From an uncultured Gammaproteobacteria bacterium (lineage in GTDB: Bacteria; Patescibacteriota; Patescibacteriia; Magasanikbacterales; GWA2-37-8): a stretch of DNA of 64,000 nt. This document shows positions 9,286 to 19,926 of the stretch, one piece after another. The notes beneath the pieces are model-generated. The model saw nothing but the letters and a program-made list of their open reading frames with translations. It had not been told where the DNA came from and did no database searches. How positions within the stretch are numbered: position 1 is the stretch's first letter; every line of letters begins with the position of its first letter. Made by a program: the position numbers and the translations under genes. The stretch is taken from contig CAZHYG010000002.1 in NCBI GenBank assembly GCA_964536615.1, forward strand, positions 45,000-108,999, written 5' to 3'.

Positions 9286-10224
9286 CTAAGATAACGCACC
9301 GACAAGCATCTCCGCCATAGCATCCATATACCTGCGAGCATCATCCGATAAAGAAGGCACGCAAACTGCTGGGCGCGAATTTAGCTCAACAAGTTTAAAA
9401 CCTTGATCTGAATTAACAAAATCTGAAGCAAAAATACTTGGACGATACTGCGCTAACTGGAGATTAATTTGCTGAACCATAGCAAGCAATGCAGGGGGTA
9501 TTTGTTCTAGCCGAACCTGAACTTCGCTGCCTCCCTGCGAGACATTTGCCAAAAAAGAACCCGGTTTAGGCACTCGCACCAACATAAAAACCGGATTACC
9601 GTTGATAGTAATAACCCGAATGTCATGCAAACCATCTACAATACCCGGGATACCGACAGAGTTATCTATAAATTCCTGCAGCAAAACATCATTCCAATTA
9701 TCGTATAAGGATTCACTGATTTCGGATACTGGTCGTATATATATGCCTCGCCCGCCGGATAAAAAGTTTTTCTTTACAACAATTTTATCTGCTTGTTTTA
9801 ATTCCCATCCATTAACTACCTGTTCGTATTCTTTATATGAGTGGATGGCGGCGGTTTTAGGTGAAAAGTCTGGAAAAAGCTCAGCGGTAGCGACTTTATC
9901 AACGCAAATCTGATCTAAGTCAGGATGATTAATAATAGCACAATCGTAAATTGCAGGAATTGTATTCTTATCATCACGATTAAATATTAAATCTACGGCG
10001 ATTGGTTCATCTATCGCCACCATAACCCCATCTCGTATCTGCCAACCATTAGAAAACACTCCTTTTCCTACATAAGAATTACCGCGCACTATGTATACAG
10101 CAATATTATGCTGCTCGATATTTTTAACAAGACCTTGATACACTTCCCAGTAAGGATATACGGGAGAATTAAACGGATACCCCATTGGCTCCGGATCGGA
10201 AAAATAAATTGCTAATTTTTTCAT
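9286..10224 (-). CDS. RimK-like ATP-grasp ligase
   Basis: 'KIVVKKNFLSGGRGIYI', 'LVELNSRPAV' ATP-grasp signatures. Adjacent to a second ATP-grasp gene. Confidence 0.65.
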   Translation of the reverse strand: MKKLAIYFSDPEPMGYPFNSPVYPYWEVYQGLVKNIEQHNIAVYIVRGNSYVGKGVFSNGWQIRDGVMVAIDEPIAVDLIFNRDDKNTIPAIYDCAIINHPDLDQICVDKVATAELFPDFSPKTAAIHSYKEYEQVVNGWELKQADKIVVKKNFLSGGRGIYIRPVSEISESLYDNWNDVLLQEFIDNSVGIPGIVDGLHDIRVITINGNPVFMLVRVPKPGSFLANVSQGGSEVQVRLEQIPPALLAMVQQINLQLAQYRPSIFASDFVNSDQGFKLVELNSRPAVCVPSLSDDARRYMDAMAEMLVGALS

Positions 10225-10327
10225 AGTACCTATAACAATAACTCTAACTCCTCAACCTGTCAATTATATTATTGTCTGAAAAAACACCCTGTGATATAGT
10301 AGATTTCTAATCCAAGCTATTCATTTT

Positions 10328-11854
10328 ATGATACAAAAAATACTTGCGGTTTGCGCACTTGCCTCTTTAGCAAATAGCATCATTTCCATACCCGCGTCTG
10401 CTCAAAACACCCAACTTATCGCACCGCAAGAAAACACCGGTTTTTTTCTTGACGCGAAAATTACGTCTGAAAAGAATATCAGAATAGATAAAAAAGCAAT
10501 CTTTGACGCTTCAGAGTCAGTTCTATCAACCCCCACTCTCCCGGCTGAATACATTTGGGATTTTGGCACCGGACCTAAAATAGAAGGCAAAGAAGTAGTG
10601 CGGTCATTTTCTACAATTGGAAAACAGACAGTAACGCTTACTATTCGCCAAGCACAAACACAGGTCAGCACACAAAAAGACATATTTGTGTTTAATAAAA
10701 AAGCATTGCTAATTGCTGACCAGACCAATGTCCCTGCCATTGAAAGCATACAGGCCCAAGCAGCGGAAAATGGCATAGCTTTAGAATTACTGCCAACTGC
10801 AGAAAAGGAAGGAACACTACTCACTGAAGACGCGCTGGTACAAAAAATCAAAGAGGCAACCGATTATATTAAAGATTCAGATATCCTTATTTTTTACACC
10901 CAATCCCCTGTTGGGCTTCAAGCATTTAATTTGTATTGGCGCGATCTTGACCCGGCTACAAAAGAACTGGTCAAAAATAAATTTTTTACGGTTATTTCAG
11001 ATAATAATTTGGATACGGCTGCCAATTTAGCGTACCAGACATTTAATATCATAGAACCAAGCTATATTTTACTCACTCGCCCCGAGGCCATCAATCCGAT
11101 TTTTCTCGCCAAAGACACATCTGATGTGACCGGCATATTGGCGAATCGCGGCATTGAATATAAAATTATTGACAGACGGGGTGAAAAATCTCCGCTATTT
11201 GTACTCTCTCATTTTGTTACCGACCTGGTCTCTCAAGGAGTGTCCTCAAATATTATTTATATAATCTTAATCGTGCCTTTTTTAGCCTGCATTGCCTCAA
11301 TCGCCAAACAAGTTGTGGGTATTAGTGCGTTTGGCGTGTACACCCCCATTATTATCGCCATCTCATTTTTTATTCTTGGCTTGAGATTGGGTATTATCGC
11401 TTTTATCTGCGCAGTAATAATTGGCTATGTTACAAAATATATTCTTAATAAATTTGAACTTTTATACTTGCCAAAAGTGGCGCTAAACTTGGCTTTTATC
11501 AGTTTATCATTCTTGTTTGTCATCTGGCTGGCTCTGGAATACGGCACTTCGGTGCCCCTGTCTATAGCCGTATTTCCGATGCTTGTTATGTCTACGGTAT
11601 CTGAGAAATTTATGGCTGCGCAAAATGAAGAAGGTGTGCGCAGCGCCTTACTGGCAGTTGCGGGCACGCTTTTTATCGTTATCACCTCATATTATTTTGT
11701 AACTTGGACATATATCAACAATGTTCTGCTTGCCTGGCCGGAATTGGTTTTTGTACCAATACTTATCACCATAGCTCTTGGTAAATTTACCGGCTTACGT
11801 TTAGTTGAATACGTTCGCTTTAGAACTTTACTTACCGAACACCAAGAAGAATAA
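10328..11854 (+). CDS. Secreted/periplasmic PKD-like domain protein fused to a C-terminal ~7-TM module (7TM module of the type reported with amidoligases)
   Basis: Signal peptide; 'YIWDFGTGPK..VTLTI' PKD-like motif; roughly 7 hydrophobic helices in the last ~220 aa. Divergently transcribed from the ATP-grasp genes. Confidence 0.5.
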   Translation: MIQKILAVCALASLANSIISIPASAQNTQLIAPQENTGFFLDAKITSEKNIRIDKKAIFDASESVLSTPTLPAEYIWDFGTGPKIEGKEVVRSFSTIGKQTVTLTIRQAQTQVSTQKDIFVFNKKALLIADQTNVPAIESIQAQAAENGIALELLPTAEKEGTLLTEDALVQKIKEATDYIKDSDILIFYTQSPVGLQAFNLYWRDLDPATKELVKNKFFTVISDNNLDTAANLAYQTFNIIEPSYILLTRPEAINPIFLAKDTSDVTGILANRGIEYKIIDRRGEKSPLFVLSHFVTDLVSQGVSSNIIYIILIVPFLACIASIAKQVVGISAFGVYTPIIIAISFFILGLRLGIIAFICAVIIGYVTKYILNKFELLYLPKVALNLAFISLSFLFVIWLALEYGTSVPLSIAVFPMLVMSTVSEKFMAAQNEEGVRSALLAVAGTLFIVITSYYFVTWTYINNVLLAWPELVFVPILITIALGKFTGLRLVEYVRFRTLLTEHQEE

Positions 11855-11855
11855 T

Positions 11856-14204
11856 ATGGTTTTGCCAAATTTTCATAGGCAATCTTTTTTTAACAGGCTT
11901 TCGGGCGTACTCGGAATTAACGCGCGCAATTTATTATACATCAGCAGATTCAACAGCAAAGCAAACAAAAATTTTGCTGATGATAAAATGTTTACAAAAA
12001 ATTATCTGCGCTCCCGCGGCCTTGGGGCAGCCAAGGCATTTACGGTTATTAAGAATTACAACGATCTAAAAAATTTTAACCCAAAAAGCTTGCCTGATAA
12101 TTTTGTCATAAAACCAAATCACGGATATGGCGGCGAGGGTATTATCGTATTCACAGAAAAACACCATGGCCGATTTATTGACATTGCTGGAGACATATAC
12201 GACTGGCCGCGAATCCACCGCCATATTTCTTCAATCTTAGACGGTGAATATGCTATTTCCGGCTTAACTGATCAAGTTATTATTGAAGAACGATTAATTG
12301 CGCACTCATTTTTTAAACCGTACATTGCCAATGGATTACCGGATATTCGTGTTATTGTTTTTAATTACATACCGATTATCGCCATGTTGCGCTTACCCAC
12401 CCAAGCCTCACATGGTAAAGCAAACTTGCATCTAGGAGCTGTCGGACTGGGTATTGACATCGCTACCGGAACGGCAACTTATGGCGTATACCAGCATAAA
12501 CTAATACGCACCTTGCCAAATGGAGAAAAATTAGCACAGATAAAAATTCCGCACTGGGATGAAATACTGCTAACTGCTGCTCATGCGCAAAAAGTAAGCC
12601 AGATTGGTTTTTTGGCAGTAGACCTAGCACTCACTACCTCGGGCATAAAAATTCTTGAGCTTAACGCGAGAGCCGGACTTTCAATTCAAATTGCCAATCA
12701 AGTGCCTTTGAGGGCGCGCTTAGAAAAAGTGAGCGATCTAAAAATTGCATCCCCTGAAAAAGGTGTAGAACTCTGTAAAACATTGTTCGGGTCACATACG
12801 CCAGCGGAAGTAAAACATAATAAAGATACGCATGTTCCTATTAGCTTATTTGAACATGTGGAAATACTGAATACAAATCATAGCTCTGTATTAGCAAAAA
12901 TTGACCCTCATTACGATGGCGCGTTTTTTGATAACAGCCTTAAACCTACAGACGCGCACGATGCATTTCTCGGTATTAAATTAAAAACCAAACGCCTTAC
13001 ACTGCCTGCAAATTTTGGCGATTTAAGCCAGCATAATTACAAAATAATTATTGGCGGTAAATTTCTTGAAGGTTTTAGTATTTATAGCCATCCTAATAAA
13101 AATATTTCAGTACTCGCTCCTGCCACAGACACAACTCGTGAAGAAAAAATAATTGCCAATATTGATAAAAAAATATACGAACTTGATAAAAAAATAAGTA
13201 TTGCTAATTGTCTGCGCCCAATTAACCACGATCAGGAAAAACAAACTTTTTTTGAAAATAGATCCGGATCTCCACAATTTAGATATCGCCCTCTCACCCT
13301 CCCGTTTGCACATCTTAAAAAAGAGCTTGAATCTCTACCAGAATCACACCACACGCTCTATCCAATATACAAACAAAAAATTAAAGAAGTTGGCTTAAAG
13401 CTCAGCCTGCTAGAATCAATGGATACTCCATCCTTTCAAACCGCCTCAGAACAACTGTACGGAGCCGCCAATCGCGTCTTATATGACCAGGCCACACGCT
13501 ATATACATGAACATCCGTTTCAACCCGATACGAGCGACCTGATAAGCTTTAAACAAATTATTAAGCGTCTATCCGTATTTTTAGAGGAGCATAAACTTAC
13601 TCACTGGCGCATAAAAAGCTCTGCCGACCGCGTAAACGATATTTCGATTAGCCTTGATGGAACAATCCATATCCGCACCGGAGTAACGTTTACCGAAAAT
13701 CGCTTGCGCGCCGTAATCGCTCATGAAATTGAAACTCATATTTATCGCGCCGAAAATAGCCATTTGCAAAAATATAAAATTTTTGAAACGGGCACAGCTG
13801 GATATATAGCTACCGAAGAAGGTTTGGCTGTATATAACCAGAACGCGCTCGGCGTACCGCTCGGTGAAAAAGAAATCTGGGCTCCACTGCGTTCCATAGG
13901 GGCGTATTTGGCGCAGGAAATGTCATTTGCGGAGCTGTTTGATTATTTAAAGACAAACTATCAGCTAGAAGACGAATCCGCTTGGCGCACCTGCGTAAAA
14001 GTAAAACGAGGCATTTCCGATACCAGCCAAAAAATGGCATTTACCCGGGATACTATTTACTTTACCGGCTTTCAAAAAATATCTGAATTTATGCGCAACG
14101 CTTCGGCTGAAAAAATTAAATACCTATACTTAGGAAAAATCGGTATTGATGATTTGGAAAATATCGGCCCCTTAAGCCAATATAAAATTAAATATTTAAT
14201 TTAA
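11856..14204 (+). CDS. ATP-grasp ligase fused to a DUF1704-type putative metallopeptidase domain (HExxH; 'EEGLA' = QEGLA-like motif)
   Basis: N-terminal 'FVIKPNHGYGGEGIIVF', 'ILELNARAGLSIQ' ATP-grasp motifs; C-terminal 'IAHEIETHIYR' (HExxH) and 'GYIATEEGLAVYNQ'. Start set to ATG 11856 (MVLPNF) to avoid overlap. Confidence 0.6.
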   Translation: MVLPNFHRQSFFNRLSGVLGINARNLLYISRFNSKANKNFADDKMFTKNYLRSRGLGAAKAFTVIKNYNDLKNFNPKSLPDNFVIKPNHGYGGEGIIVFTEKHHGRFIDIAGDIYDWPRIHRHISSILDGEYAISGLTDQVIIEERLIAHSFFKPYIANGLPDIRVIVFNYIPIIAMLRLPTQASHGKANLHLGAVGLGIDIATGTATYGVYQHKLIRTLPNGEKLAQIKIPHWDEILLTAAHAQKVSQIGFLAVDLALTTSGIKILELNARAGLSIQIANQVPLRARLEKVSDLKIASPEKGVELCKTLFGSHTPAEVKHNKDTHVPISLFEHVEILNTNHSSVLAKIDPHYDGAFFDNSLKPTDAHDAFLGIKLKTKRLTLPANFGDLSQHNYKIIIGGKFLEGFSIYSHPNKNISVLAPATDTTREEKIIANIDKKIYELDKKISIANCLRPINHDQEKQTFFENRSGSPQFRYRPLTLPFAHLKKELESLPESHHTLYPIYKQKIKEVGLKLSLLESMDTPSFQTASEQLYGAANRVLYDQATRYIHEHPFQPDTSDLISFKQIIKRLSVFLEEHKLTHWRIKSSADRVNDISISLDGTIHIRTGVTFTENRLRAVIAHEIETHIYRAENSHLQKYKIFETGTAGYIATEEGLAVYNQNALGVPLGEKEIWAPLRSIGAYLAQEMSFAELFDYLKTNYQLEDESAWRTCVKVKRGISDTSQKMAFTRDTIYFTGFQKISEFMRNASAEKIKYLYLGKIGIDDLENIGPLSQYKIKYLI

Positions 14205-14231
14205 ATCTAACATACACTAATTCAAACACTT

Positions 14232-14603
14232 ATGAAAAAATTTTTACAAATATTTTTTATAACTTTAGGAGTAATATTCTTTTTGCTGATACTGGGAGGC
14301 GCTTATTTATATATAGCCGATCCATATGAAATTAGACCAATTATAGCAAGCTTTACCAACAAACCATCACAAACTGATACACAACCGACCGGAACTAACA
14401 TAGATAAAAATCCCCTACTATCTCCTACCCAAGAAAAAGCTTTAGAAAAAATAGGCATTGATCCAGCAACCCTGCCATCAGTAATTACACCTGCAATGGA
14501 AGCGTGCTTCTACCAAAAACTTGGCGCTAATCGTGCAAATGAAATTAAAAATGGCGCACAACCAACCGCATCCGATTACTTTACAGCTCGCGCTTGTTTT
14601 TAA
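14232..14603 (+). CDS. Hypothetical membrane-anchored protein
   Basis: N-terminal TM helix followed by a Pro/Thr/Gln-rich segment; no recognised domain. Confidence 0.4.
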   Translation: MKKFLQIFFITLGVIFFLLILGGAYLYIADPYEIRPIIASFTNKPSQTDTQPTGTNIDKNPLLSPTQEKALEKIGIDPATLPSVITPAMEACFYQKLGANRANEIKNGAQPTASDYFTARACF

Positions 14604-14629
14604 GCGCTCTAATTTATTTAATTTAAAAT

Positions 14630-15121
14630 ATGAAAAAAAAATTAATTATTTTAGCAGCGCTACTCACACTAACTGGGGCAGGATGCAGCAATAAAACCAA
14701 CGGCGCACAAATTCCAATTGGAGAAACACCAGTCATCTGCACCCAAGACGCGCGTCAATGTGCTGACGGGTCATATGTTGGGCGTACTGGACCAAACTGT
14801 GAATTTGCCGCATGCCCGGCTGAGTCAAAACCAGCACCTACTACAAACACAGACTGGAAAACCATCACTATTGGCGGAGTTGCAACCTTTAGCATTCCTC
14901 CACACTGCACTGCTGATCCCGGAGCTGGCACAACATATATTACATGCCCAACCTTAGACAACGAAACTCCTACACCAGAATTCACCTTCTCTTCCGACGG
15001 TATTCAGGTAAACATGAAGCGCTGGGAAGGCTTAAGCTCGCCATATTGGAACGATGTGATTGCTTCAATGCGCATAATTACCCCGCTCACCCATGCCATT
15101 CAAATCAATATAGAAAAATAA
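14630..15121 (+). CDS. Putative lipoprotein, Cys-rich
   Basis: Signal peptide with 'LTGAGC' lipobox-like Cys; several conserved Cys (CTQDARQCADGS..CEFAAC). Confidence 0.45.
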   Translation: MKKKLIILAALLTLTGAGCSNKTNGAQIPIGETPVICTQDARQCADGSYVGRTGPNCEFAACPAESKPAPTTNTDWKTITIGGVATFSIPPHCTADPGAGTTYITCPTLDNETPTPEFTFSSDGIQVNMKRWEGLSSPYWNDVIASMRIITPLTHAIQINIEK

Positions 15122-15122
15122 C

Positions 15123-15392
15123 ATGAAACCTCAAAATACGCCGACACCTTTTCAGCAAAAAGTATATGCTGTTGTTAAAAAAATCCCCAAAGGCAGCACT
15201 CTTACTTATAAACAAGTGGCTGAAAAAATTGGCAACCCCAATGCCGCACGCGCCATCGGTAACGCGCTGAATAAAAATTATAACCCTGCCATCCCCTGCC
15301 ACCGCGTAATTCGATCGGATGGAAAACTGGGCGGATACAATCGCGGCCGAGCCAAAAAACAGAAGATTCTTCAACAAGAAAAAGCGCTTTAG
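15123..15392 (+). CDS. MGMT-family DNA-binding domain protein (methylated-DNA-protein-cysteine methyltransferase C-domain only)
   Basis: 'IPCHRVIRSDGKLGGY' contains the PCHRV active-site motif with the helix-turn-helix region; 89 aa, no N-terminal domain. Confidence 0.7.
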   Translation: MKPQNTPTPFQQKVYAVVKKIPKGSTLTYKQVAEKIGNPNAARAIGNALNKNYNPAIPCHRVIRSDGKLGGYNRGRAKKQKILQQEKAL

Positions 15393-15432
15393 AAAACCTG
15401 ATTTTATCAGAATTTTTAGAGCATTTCCACCG

Positions 15433-15461
15433 TTGACTCAAGCCTTCGGAAGCTGTATTAT
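15433..15461 (+). promoter_or_regulatory. Sigma70-like promoter TTGACT-17-TATTAT upstream of the suf operon
   Basis: TTGACT at 15433-15438, 17-nt spacer, TATTAT at 15456-15461, 25 nt upstream of the sufC ATG. Confidence 0.4.
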
Positions 15462-15485
15462 AAGTTTCTGATATAGCCACATATT

Positions 15486-16247
15486 ATGTCTATTCTTTCC
15501 ATAAAAAACCTACACGCTTCTATCGGAAAAACCAAAATTTTAAACGGCGTTTCACTCACCGTAAACTCAAATGAGATCCATGTTATCATGGGACAAAACG
15601 GATCTGGCAAAAGCACTCTTCTATCTGTGCTAATGGGCAGCCCAAAATATACTGTTACAAACGGTGCTATTACTTTAGACAAAAAAAATATTCTTGAGCT
15701 AACTCCAGATAAACGCGCCCAAGCCGGATTGTTTTTAGGTTTTCAGCACCCTCAGGTTGTGGCTGGCGTGGCGTTAGGGAATTTTTTACGACTCGCTCGC
15801 AACACCATCGGCGCAGTGCAACCAATCAAAGAAGGTCCGATTGCCCCTGCCCAATTTGCCAACACCATGCGTGAAGAAATGGCTCGCCTGAACATAGATC
15901 CTTCATTCATGGCCCGGTCAATTAACGAGGGCTTTTCTGGCGGAGAAAAAAAGAAATCCGAGGTGCTACAAATGGCAATGCTCAAACCAGCATTTGCTTT
16001 TTTGGACGAAATTGACTCTGGTCTTGATATAGACGCTCTAAAAACAGTTGCGCGTCAATTAGCGGCCCTACAAAAAAAACAAAAAATGGGATTAATTATT
16101 GTAAGCCATAATCCAAAAATTTTAGAATTTTTAAAACCAGATACTATACATGTCATGGCCAAAGGCAAAATTGTTGCCAAGGGCCGTAAAGAATTATTAA
16201 AAAAGATAGAAAAAAACGGCTTTGCTTCATTTTTAAAAAAGAAATAA
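15486..16247 (+). CDS. sufC: Fe-S cluster assembly ATPase SufC
   Basis: Walker A 'GQNGSGKST', signature 'FSGGEKKK', SufC length; first gene of a sufCBD-S-U-T array. Confidence 0.9.
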   Translation: MSILSIKNLHASIGKTKILNGVSLTVNSNEIHVIMGQNGSGKSTLLSVLMGSPKYTVTNGAITLDKKNILELTPDKRAQAGLFLGFQHPQVVAGVALGNFLRLARNTIGAVQPIKEGPIAPAQFANTMREEMARLNIDPSFMARSINEGFSGGEKKKSEVLQMAMLKPAFAFLDEIDSGLDIDALKTVARQLAALQKKQKMGLIIVSHNPKILEFLKPDTIHVMAKGKIVAKGRKELLKKIEKNGFASFLKKK

Positions 16248-16249
16248 TC

Positions 16250-17668
16250 ATGGCCATTCCACTTAAAACAAAGAAGATAATTGCCAATACCGGAGATAAA
16301 TCATCGGTTTCTTTTCGCACACAAACTACAAGTATTTTTACCGCAAAAAAAGGCCTGGACGAAAGCGTAATCAGGGAAATATCAAAACAAAAATCCGAGC
16401 CAAAATGGATGTTAGACTTTCGACTACAATCGTACAAAATTTTTTTGGAAAAAAAGATGCCGACTTGGGGCGCTGATTTAAGCTCTATTGATTTCGACTC
16501 AATCTACTATTATGTTCGCCCGCAAGACAAAACCAAACGCAGCTGGGATGACGTACCACAAGAAATAAAAGACACATTTGAAAAATTGGGCGTACCGGAA
16601 GCGGAACGTAAATTTTTAGCTGGCAGCGGAGCGCAGTTTGAATCGGAGATGATCTATCATTCATTGGCAAAAAAACTTGCCGCCCAAGGAGTTATTTTTG
16701 AATCTACTGACGATGCACTCAAAAACCACCCTGATCTATTTAAAAAATACTTTGGTACAATTATCCCCGCTCGAGACAATAAATTTGCAGCTCTTAACTC
16801 CGCTGTATGGTCTGGAGGCAGCTTTATTTATGTGCCAAAAGGCGTTCGGGTGGAATTGCCGCTGCAGGCATATTTCCGTATTAACCGAGAAAATATGGGA
16901 CAATTTGAACGAACGCTTATTATAGCCGACGAAGGCAGTTCGGTGCACTATGTTGAAGGCTGTACTGCCCCCACCTATTCAAGCGACTCACTACATTCAG
17001 CCGTCGTAGAAATTATCGTCAAAAAAAACGCACGCGTTCAATATACAACAATTCAAAATTGGTCGGATAATGTTTATAATCTCGTTACCAAAAGATCTTC
17101 GGTTGATGAAAATGGCGAAATGTTTTGGCTGGATTGCAATTTAGGATCCAAAATCACCATGAAATACCCGAGTATTATTTTGCAAGGCCGAGGCGCGCGC
17201 GGCGAGATTCAGTCGTTAGCTTTTGCCAGCAAAGGCCAGCATCAAGACGCAGGTGGCAAGGTTATCCATCTAGCACCCGACACCAGCTCCACAATCGCCT
17301 CCAAATCTATAAGTAAAAATGGCGGACAAACCACGTATCGTGGTTTAGTTAAAGTTATAAAAGGAGCAAAAAATGTAAAAACTAGAGTTGTGTGCGATGC
17401 GCTTATGCTTGACCCTTCCTCCCGATCTGACACATACCCAACCATGGATATTCGAGAAAAAGATGTAGCGATTGCCCACGAAGCTACCGTAGCCAGTATT
17501 GGCGAAGAAGAACTATTCTACCTCATGAGCCGCGGTCTTTCCGAGGAACAAGCGGCCACCCTTATTGTAAACGGTTTCGCCAATCCTATCATCAAACAAC
17601 TACCGATGGAGTACGCGGTAGAATTAAACCGGCTACTGGCCTTAGAAATGACTGGGTCTGTAGGATAA
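16250..17668 (+). CDS. sufB: Fe-S cluster assembly protein SufB
   Basis: 472 aa; conserved SufB C-terminal beta-helix region ('[13 protein letters not shown]..', '[23 protein letters not shown]'). Confidence 0.9.
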   Translation: MAIPLKTKKIIANTGDKSSVSFRTQTTSIFTAKKGLDESVIREISKQKSEPKWMLDFRLQSYKIFLEKKMPTWGADLSSIDFDSIYYYVRPQDKTKRSWDDVPQEIKDTFEKLGVPEAERKFLAGSGAQFESEMIYHSLAKKLAAQGVIFESTDDALKNHPDLFKKYFGTIIPARDNKFAALNSAVWSGGSFIYVPKGVRVELPLQAYFRINRENMGQFERTLIIADEGSSVHYVEGCTAPTYSSDSLHSAVVEIIVKKNARVQYTTIQNWSDNVYNLVTKRSSVDENGEMFWLDCNLGSKITMKYPSIILQGRGARGEIQSLAFASKGQHQDAGGKVIHLAPDTSSTIASKSISKNGGQTTYRGLVKVIKGAKNVKTRVVCDALMLDPSSRSDTYPTMDIREKDVAIAHEATVASIGEEELFYLMSRGLSEEQAATLIVNGFANPIIKQLPMEYAVELNRLLALEMTGSVG

Positions 17669-17672
17669 AATT

Positions 17673-18332
17673 ATGCCAAAAAAAATTATACAAAAAATTC
17701 CTTCTGCGCTGACTATACAAAAAAATAAGCGTGCTTTTTATTTTATAGATACAATTCCCAACGCGGAAATCAATCTTAAAAAACATACCGACACAACTAT
17801 TGTCGCGCTAGTTACTCAAGGCTGGGAAAATGAACGCCGACTTATAGTACGCGCTACCGAACCAGGAGCACGCTGTCGTTTAGTGTTTTTTATTCTGGGA
17901 AATGCTACAAATAAATTTACGGCTACTATACAAGCTATTCATCAAGATGAAAAAACTGACATAAAAGCTCGCATTCGCACAGCCTTAACCGACGAAGCCG
18001 TTTGCTCCGTCGCGGGTGACTGGATCATTGAACCGCGAGCTAAAGGAGCTGACACGCATTTTGCGCACCATACTCTTTTATTATCAGAAAAGGCTTCGGC
18101 AAAAACTTCACCGAACCTGGAAATTAAAACAGACAGCGTAAAGGCAGGCCATTCAGCCAGCGTGGGGAAAATAGATGAAGACGTATTATTTTACTTGCTT
18201 TCTCGCGGCATTTCGGAAACAGACGCGCGCGCTCTTTTGGTACAAGGGTTTTTTGAAAGCGAGCTAAACCAAATTGATAACCAGCGAGTGCAGGACACTA
18301 TTTCTCAAACTGTAAAAATATTTTTAGCATAA
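17673..18332 (+). CDS. sufD: SufD-like protein (short, C-terminal SufB/D core only)
   Basis: Follows sufB and shares its 'DEDVLFYLLSRGISETDARALL' motif. 219 aa, shorter than canonical SufD. Confidence 0.6.
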   Translation: MPKKIIQKIPSALTIQKNKRAFYFIDTIPNAEINLKKHTDTTIVALVTQGWENERRLIVRATEPGARCRLVFFILGNATNKFTATIQAIHQDEKTDIKARIRTALTDEAVCSVAGDWIIEPRAKGADTHFAHHTLLLSEKASAKTSPNLEIKTDSVKAGHSASVGKIDEDVLFYLLSRGISETDARALLVQGFFESELNQIDNQRVQDTISQTVKIFLA

Positions 18333-18337
18333 CATAT

Positions 18338-19555
18338 ATGCTTGCTACAAAAAAAGATTTTCCTATTTTACAAAGAAAAATCAATGGTAAAAAACTTGTA
18401 TACCTAGACAGCGCCTCTACCTCACAAAAACCAAAGGCACTTCTATCTGCTCTGCAAAATTTTTATACTACTTCTAACGCCAACATTCACCGAGGTATTC
18501 ATGATCTGTCCGTGGAATCAACTCAACAATACGAAGCGACCAGGAAAAAAGTTGCGGCTTTTATTGGCGCAGCTTCATCCGAAGAAATAGTTTTTACTAA
18601 AAATTGCACCGAGGCAATAAACTGCGTTCGTTTTTCATGGGGTGAAAAAAATATTAATCCTGGCGATGAAATTATTGTAAGCGGCTTAGAACATCATGCC
18701 AATTTTGTGCCCTGGCAAACTCTCGCCACAGAAAAACGCGCGACTTTAAAAATAATTCCGGTTACCTCCGATTTTCAGCTGGATCTGGAGGCGTATAAAA
18801 AAATGCTTTCAAAAAAAACTAAACTTGTTTGCGTTACCAGCCAGTCTAATGTAACTGGTACCATTAACCCCATACAGGAGATGACACGCCTGGCTCATAA
18901 TAAAGGCGCTTTCGTTATGATAGACGGCGCACAAAGCGTTGGCCACAGACCGATTAATGTGCGAAATATTGACTGCGACTTTCTTGCTTTTTCCGCCCAT
19001 AAAATGCTTGGACCAACTGGCGTAGGCGTTATATATATTAAACAAAAAATAATGATGGATATGCCTCCATTTATGTATGGCGGTGAAATGGTAGAAACGG
19101 TGCAAGACACTCACACAACCTACCGCACAGGTCCATGGAAATTTGAAGCCGGCACTCCTAACATTGCCGACATAATTGCATTTGGCGCATCACTTGATTA
19201 TCTGCAAAAAATAGGAGTGGCTCGTATTGCAAAACACGACAAACAGCTTCTTGCGCAGACAAAAAAAATGCTGCGGAAATATCCAAAAGTACGCCTATTC
19301 TCCCCTGCCAATAATAACTTGTGCGGAAATGTTCTGTCTTTTACTGTTGAAGGAGTTCATCCGCACGATATTGCCACAATTTTTAATAACGAAGGCATAG
19401 CCATTCGTTCCGGACTTCACTGCGCTGAACCGCTCGCCCGACGACTCGGCATAACCGGCACAGCGCGCCTAAGTTTTTATCTATACAACGATATGGCCGA
19501 TATAGACAAGGTTGAAAAAGCTCTGCAAAAAGTAATCAAAATTTTTAAATTATAG
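18338..19555 (+). CDS. sufS: Cysteine desulfurase SufS (class V aminotransferase)
   Basis: PLP-fold motifs ('SAHKMLGPTGVGVIY'), active-site Cys region 'RSGLHCAEP'; operon context. Confidence 0.85.
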   Translation: MLATKKDFPILQRKINGKKLVYLDSASTSQKPKALLSALQNFYTTSNANIHRGIHDLSVESTQQYEATRKKVAAFIGAASSEEIVFTKNCTEAINCVRFSWGEKNINPGDEIIVSGLEHHANFVPWQTLATEKRATLKIIPVTSDFQLDLEAYKKMLSKKTKLVCVTSQSNVTGTINPIQEMTRLAHNKGAFVMIDGAQSVGHRPINVRNIDCDFLAFSAHKMLGPTGVGVIYIKQKIMMDMPPFMYGGEMVETVQDTHTTYRTGPWKFEAGTPNIADIIAFGASLDYLQKIGVARIAKHDKQLLAQTKKMLRKYPKVRLFSPANNNLCGNVLSFTVEGVHPHDIATIFNNEGIAIRSGLHCAEPLARRLGITGTARLSFYLYNDMADIDKVEKALQKVIKIFKL

Positions 19556-19557
19556 AT

Positions 19558-19926
19558 ATGGATCTTTATAACGAAATAATTTTAGATCATTATCATAACC
19601 CGCACCACGCCACGGCTCTTCATACATTTACCCAGACTTCCACTGTACACAACCCTCTATGCGGAGATGTTCTAAAGCTCGACATCAATGTAAAAAATGG
19701 CATAATTGCAGACATCGGATTTACGGGCAATGGCTGCGCGATTAGCCAGGCTGCCATGTCTTTGCTAGCTGACGCAGTAATTGGAAAAAAAATTAGCGCT
19801 GTAAAAAAAATAAACCAAACTAAAATTTATGCGCTGCTTGGAATTCCTATCAGTCCCGGACGCAGTAAATGCGCCTTGCTTGGATTAAGCGCCTTAAAAC
19901 AAAATCTTACTGCTTATGAAAAATAA
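19558..19926 (+). CDS. sufU: SUF scaffold protein SufU (NifU/IscU-like)
   Basis: 'NPLCGDVLKL', 'GNGCAISQAAMSL', 'SKCALLGL' conserved Cys triad. Confidence 0.8.
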   Translation: MDLYNEIILDHYHNPHHATALHTFTQTSTVHNPLCGDVLKLDINVKNGIIADIGFTGNGCAISQAAMSLLADAVIGKKISAVKKINQTKIYALLGIPISPGRSKCALLGLSALKQNLTAYEK

